Part shown: piece after piece, positions 60,259-64,000 of the stretch
Layout: every line of letters starts with the position of its first letter
How positions within the stretch are numbered: the stretch's first letter is position 1
NCBI GenBank assembly: GCA_965206595.1
Contig: OZ242214.1
Location: forward strand, 4,672,001 to 4,736,000
Origin: Candidatus Latescibacterota bacterium
Lineage (GTDB): Bacteria > Latescibacterota > UBA2968 > UBA8231
Direction: 5' to 3'
Length of the DNA stretch: 64,000 nucleotides
Translations under genes and position numbers: made by a program
The notes under the pieces: model-generated
What the model was told of the DNA's origin: nothing
The model's database searches: none
The model's input: the letters and a program-made list of their open reading frames with translations, nothing else

Positions 60259-61590
60259 ATGTCGCAAGCCACGACCGCAGTAGCGCCCGCCGCCAGCCAC
60301 GTGATGGCCAAGCCGTCCGGCTCGGTCTGCAACATCGACTGCACGTACTGCTTCTATCTCGAGAAGGAGAAGCTGTATCCGCAGGCGCGCAAGAACTGGC
60401 GCATGAGCGACGAGGTGCTCGAGCTCTACGTCAAGCAGTACATCGAGGCCCAGGACGTGCCCGCGGTGAACTTCGCCTGGCAGGGCGGGGAGCCGACCCT
60501 GCTGGGGGCGGACTTCTACCGCCGCGCCGTGGAGCTGCAGAAGCGCTACGCCGACGGCAAGACGATCACCAACGCCTTCCAGACCAACGGCATCCTGCTC
60601 GACGACGAGTGGGGGGAGTTCCTCGCGCAGGAAGACTTCCTGGTCGGGCTCTCCATCGACGGCCCGCGCGAGATGCACGACCGCTACCGGGTCGACAAGG
60701 GGCAGAAGCCGACCTTCGACCGGGTGATGGCGGGACTCGAGGTGCTCGAGAAGCACAGGGTCGAGTACAACACCCTGACGGTGCTGCAGAACCACAACGC
60801 CGACCATCCCCAGACCGTGTACCGCTTCCTCAAGGGTATCGGCAGCGGCTTCATGCAGTTCATCCCGATCGTCGAGCGCGCCGCAGAGGCCGCGGCCGAA
60901 GAGGAGCTGACCCTGATCGACCCGGCCTTCGAGGGCCGTGCGCAGGTGACGAAATGGTCGGTCGGCTCGGCGCAGTACGGCAGGTTCCTGTGCGCCGTGT
61001 TCGACGAATGGGTGCGCCGCGACGTCGGGCGTTTCTTCGTGCAGATCTTCGACGTGTCCCTCGGCTCCTGGCTCGGGCAGGACGCCAGCCTCTGCATCTT
61101 CGCCGAGACCTGCGGCAACGCCCTGATCATCGAGCACAACGGCGACCTCTACTCGTGCGACCACTTCGTCTACCCCGAGTACAACCTCGGCAACGTGCGC
61201 GACTACTCGATCCGCGAGATGGTCGCCGGCCCGCAGCAGCGCAAGTTCGGGACCGACAAGCGGGACACCCTGCCGCAGTACTGCCGCGAGTGCGAGTTCC
61301 GCTTCGCCTGCAACGGCGGCTGCCCCAAGCACCGCTTCACGCGAACCCCGGACGGCGAGCCGGGTCTCAACTACCTGTGCAAGGGGTACAAGATCTACTT
61401 CGCCCACGTGGCGCCGTACATGGAGTTCATGGCGCGGGAGCTGCAGCGCGGGCGCCCCGCGGCCAACGTCATGGAGTGGGCGCGCGAGCGCGACCGGCGC
61501 AAGGCCGCCGCCTCCGTGCGGCCCCCAGGCCGCAACGACCCCTGCCCGTGCGGAAGCGGCCGCAAGTACAAGCGCTGCTGCGGCGCCTGA
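60259..61590 (+). CDS. Anaerobic sulfatase maturase-family radical SAM/SPASM protein with C-terminal SEC-C motif
   Basis: MAKPSGSVCNIDCTYCFY, WQGGEP, YSCDHFV, CRECEFRFACNGGCPKHR, GRNDPCPCGSGRKYKRCCG. Confidence 0.93.
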   Translation: MSQATTAVAPAASHVMAKPSGSVCNIDCTYCFYLEKEKLYPQARKNWRMSDEVLELYVKQYIEAQDVPAVNFAWQGGEPTLLGADFYRRAVELQKRYADGKTITNAFQTNGILLDDEWGEFLAQEDFLVGLSIDGPREMHDRYRVDKGQKPTFDRVMAGLEVLEKHRVEYNTLTVLQNHNADHPQTVYRFLKGIGSGFMQFIPIVERAAEAAAEEELTLIDPAFEGRAQVTKWSVGSAQYGRFLCAVFDEWVRRDVGRFFVQIFDVSLGSWLGQDASLCIFAETCGNALIIEHNGDLYSCDHFVYPEYNLGNVRDYSIREMVAGPQQRKFGTDKRDTLPQYCRECEFRFACNGGCPKHRFTRTPDGEPGLNYLCKGYKIYFAHVAPYMEFMARELQRGRPAANVMEWARERDRRKAAASVRPPGRNDPCPCGSGRKYKRCCGA

Positions 61591-61648
61591 AACCGCTGCA
61601 GGCCGCGTTCTTCCTTTATCCAAAAAAGAACAACCGAAACGAGGTGCC

Positions 61649-62557
61649 ATGATCGAAATCCAGCTCCTGCCGGAGGAATGCAAGGCAGCCGTCACCATCG
61701 ACGGCTCGCTTTTCACCGAGTACCGCTACGGCCACTACCTCTGCCGGCCCTACCTCTACCCGGTCCTGACGCCGGTCGGGAAGCGGCTGACGCGCGGCTT
61801 CCCGACGGAGCCGGTCGAGGGGGAAAACGAGGACCATTACCACCACCGCAGCATCTACGTCGCTCACGGGCTGGTCAACGGCCACAACCTCTGGGACGAG
61901 GGCGTCGGCCACGGCGCCATGCTGCAGCGGGGGGAACCGGTGACCGGCGTCGTTGGAGACGTGGCGACCATCGACGGTATCGTCGACTGGTTCGGCCCGC
62001 AGGGGGAGAAGCTCCTCGAGGAGCGGCGGAGCCTCTGGCTCTGCGGGATAGGGGATCTGCGCGTCCTCGATCTGCGCAGCGAGTACCGCGCCGTGCACGG
62101 GGACGTCACCTTCGGCGACACCAAGGAGGGGGGCCTGTTCTCTATCCGCGTGCCGACCTCGATGGACGCCAAGGAGAAGGGCCGCATCGAGAATTCGGAA
62201 GGGGACGTCTTCGACAGCGGGGAGGGGGAGGAGACCACTTGGGGGAAGCGGGCGGCCTGGGTCGACTACTCGGGACCGCTGGCCAGCGGGGAGGAGTGGG
62301 GGCACACCGTCGTCGACCACCGGAACAACCCGCGCCACCCGACCTACTGGCACGTGCGCGGTTACGGGCTGTTCACGGCCAATCCCTTCGGCGCCCACGA
62401 CTTCAAACGGGACGAGAGCGTCGACGAGAGCCTGACGATCCCCGCGGCCGGCAGGGAGATCTTCTCCTATCGCCTGATCATCCATCCGGGCAGGGGGATG
62501 GCGGCCCATCCCCAGGTGGCCGGGCTGATCGACCGGTTCCAGGAAACCGAGGGTTAG
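61649..62557 (+). CDS. DUF6807 (so-called PmoA-family) soluble protein
   Basis: RPYLYPV, DHYHHRS, FGDTKEGG, WGKRAAWVDYSG, WHVRGYGLF.ANPFG. Confidence 0.78.
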   Translation: MIEIQLLPEECKAAVTIDGSLFTEYRYGHYLCRPYLYPVLTPVGKRLTRGFPTEPVEGENEDHYHHRSIYVAHGLVNGHNLWDEGVGHGAMLQRGEPVTGVVGDVATIDGIVDWFGPQGEKLLEERRSLWLCGIGDLRVLDLRSEYRAVHGDVTFGDTKEGGLFSIRVPTSMDAKEKGRIENSEGDVFDSGEGEETTWGKRAAWVDYSGPLASGEEWGHTVVDHRNNPRHPTYWHVRGYGLFTANPFGAHDFKRDESVDESLTIPAAGREIFSYRLIIHPGRGMAAHPQVAGLIDRFQETEG

Positions 62558-62562
62558 GGTCC

Positions 62563-63189
62563 GTGACGGACGGGCGGTCGTGCCCGGAATCGGGGGCTCG
62601 AAAAACAGACCCCCTGGCCGCCCAGATCGACTTCATCGTCGAAGTCGACAAGCTCAAGCAGGTTCTGCGCCAGACCCTGCTGCCCGGGGACCGCCGGCAG
62701 GAGAACGACGCCGAGCATTCATGGCATCTGGCGCTGATGGCCTGCCTGCTCGCCGGGCACGCCGCCGCGGAGATCGACCTGCTGCGCGCCGTCAGGATGC
62801 TGCTCTTCCACGACGTGGTCGAAATCGACGCCGGCGACACCTTCGCCTACGACATCCGGGGAAACGAGGACCGGGTCGAGCGGGAGCGCGCCGCTGCCGC
62901 TCGCCTGTTCGGCATGCTGCCGCCGGGCCAGGCCGCGGAGTACCGCTCGCTCTGGGAGGAGTTCGAAGAGAGGAAGACGCCGGAGGCGAAGTTCGCCGCG
63001 GCCATGGATCGTTTTCAGCCGATCCTGCTGAACTACTGCGCCGGCGGGGAAACCTGGAGGCGCCACGGGGTGAAGCGGGACGAGGTGGTGGCGCGCAACC
63101 GCCACATCGCCGAGGGGGCTCCAGCGCTATGGGAAGCGGCCGAGCGGCTGATCGCCAGGGCGGTGGCGGAGGGCAAGCTGGATGACTGA
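62563..63189 (+). CDS. HD-domain hydrolase
   Basis: DKLKQVLRQT, ENDAEHSWHLA, HDVVEIDAGD, EAKFAAAMDRFQP. Confidence 0.9.
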   Translation: MTDGRSCPESGARKTDPLAAQIDFIVEVDKLKQVLRQTLLPGDRRQENDAEHSWHLALMACLLAGHAAAEIDLLRAVRMLLFHDVVEIDAGDTFAYDIRGNEDRVERERAAAARLFGMLPPGQAAEYRSLWEEFEERKTPEAKFAAAMDRFQPILLNYCAGGETWRRHGVKRDEVVARNRHIAEGAPALWEAAERLIARAVAEGKLDD

Positions 63190-63296
63190 TTCCGCTTCTG
63201 CAGCACCGTGTGGAAAACCAAGCCGGTTGGGATTGTTGGAATTCGATCGGAATTAGGATTTGGTCGCCTGCACTCGGGCGAGGAAAGACAACCACT

Positions 63297-64000
63297 TTGA
63301 CTGATTCGCCTTCATGTCCCAAGTGCGGTGCTCGCATGGTGAAACGCACCGCGAAGAAGGGCCCAAACGTCGGAGGACAGTTCTGGGGTTGCCCTCGGTT
63401 TCCAAACTGTGACGGCATCCGAGATCTTGGTGATCCTGGTGACAATCGCGAACCGCCTCAGCCTTCACGCAGGCCCAGCCTGCTGCCAGTCGAATGGATC
63501 GAAGGGATATCGCGCCACGATTTCATTCCCGAATACGTGGCCGTGGGGGCGATACCCGGAATCCTTCACGATCGCTTGAACCATGACGCACGTGTGAAAC
63601 AAGCACTCAGCCAATGCGTGCTGCTGTCCCGCAGAAGCCGCGAACGTCAGGAGGCCGTGGAGCATCCCCGCTTCGCGAGCGCGTTGCTTCTCAAGTTGCT
63701 GCGTCGCGGCCGAACCCCCCTGCCGACCCTCAACGTGGAACGTGAAGCCCTGCGCACGCACGGCTTCCAGGACAAGGTGAGCGAGTTTGGCCCGGGTAAT
63801 GCGGAGGTAGGTTGGGAACCGCGATCGGGCGTGTTTCTGCACGTGAGCCCTGAAGCCGTCCTGTCGGCAGTTACAGAAAGAGTTCCCTTTGTCCTTGATC
63901 CTGTTTTCGGTTTCGAGCCCGAATCAGGCGAACCGCTGCTGCAGAGCGAGGCCGAGGCGTGGTTCCTCAATGAGTGGGTGCCGAGGGCGCTGGGGCCGAC
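63297..64000 (+). CDS. Protein with N-terminal topoisomerase-type C4 zinc ribbon (5' part; runs off the right edge)
   Basis: Manual translation from TTG 63297: SPSCPKCGARMVKRTAKKGPNVGGQFWGCPRFPNC; open to the window end; missing from the ORF track. Confidence 0.75.
   Translation, partial: MTDSPSCPKCGARMVKRTAKKGPNVGGQFWGCPRFPNCDGIRDLGDPGDNREPPQPSRRPSLLPVEWIEGISRHDFIPEYVAVGAIPGILHDRLNHDARVKQALSQCVLLSRRSRERQEAVEHPRFASALLLKLLRRGRTPLPTLNVEREALRTHGFQDKVSEFGPGNAEVGWEPRSGVFLHVSPEAVLSAVTERVPFVLDPVFGFEPESGEPLLQSEAEAWFLNEWVPRALGP

Noticed and set aside
61649-62557. Particulate methane monooxygenase subunit
   Set aside because: The family nickname is misleading: the protein is soluble, with no TM helices and no pmoB/pmoC neighbours.

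Overview
GC-rich chromosomal window from a diderm bacterium, mostly core and metabolic genes. It runs from smc (partial), gatC, a divergent pyrG, an extra-long LptC/LptA-like lipoprotein, lptB and rpoN, through split ThDP decarboxylase subunits, birA, fabI, a fucokinase-like GHMP kinase, a sigma54 two-component pair, a PurH-like transformylase, dapA/dapB, ppk1, sugar or organic-acid catabolic genes, mqnB/mqnD, hisS and a DGGGP-synthase-like prenyltransferase, to an HU-family protein, a two-permease RND system, clpP, mutM, a triple-DUF5069-like protein, an anaerobic sulfatase maturase and the start of a zinc-ribbon ORF at the right edge. One intact IS630-family element sits exactly in a stop codon. 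Five genes carry frameshifts or in-frame stops that look more like assembly errors than biology. I saw no rRNA, tRNA or CRISPR array. I cannot demonstrate a wholly new system from sequence alone. The best leads are the Kdo-gene-less Lpt locus with a ~650-aa bridge protein, the archaeal-type prenyltransferase, the triple-repeat protein with its amidotransferase partner, the GHMP kinase with an unassigned N-terminal domain, and a reverse sigma54 site at the rpoN promoter. All family assignments come from motif recognition, not database searches.
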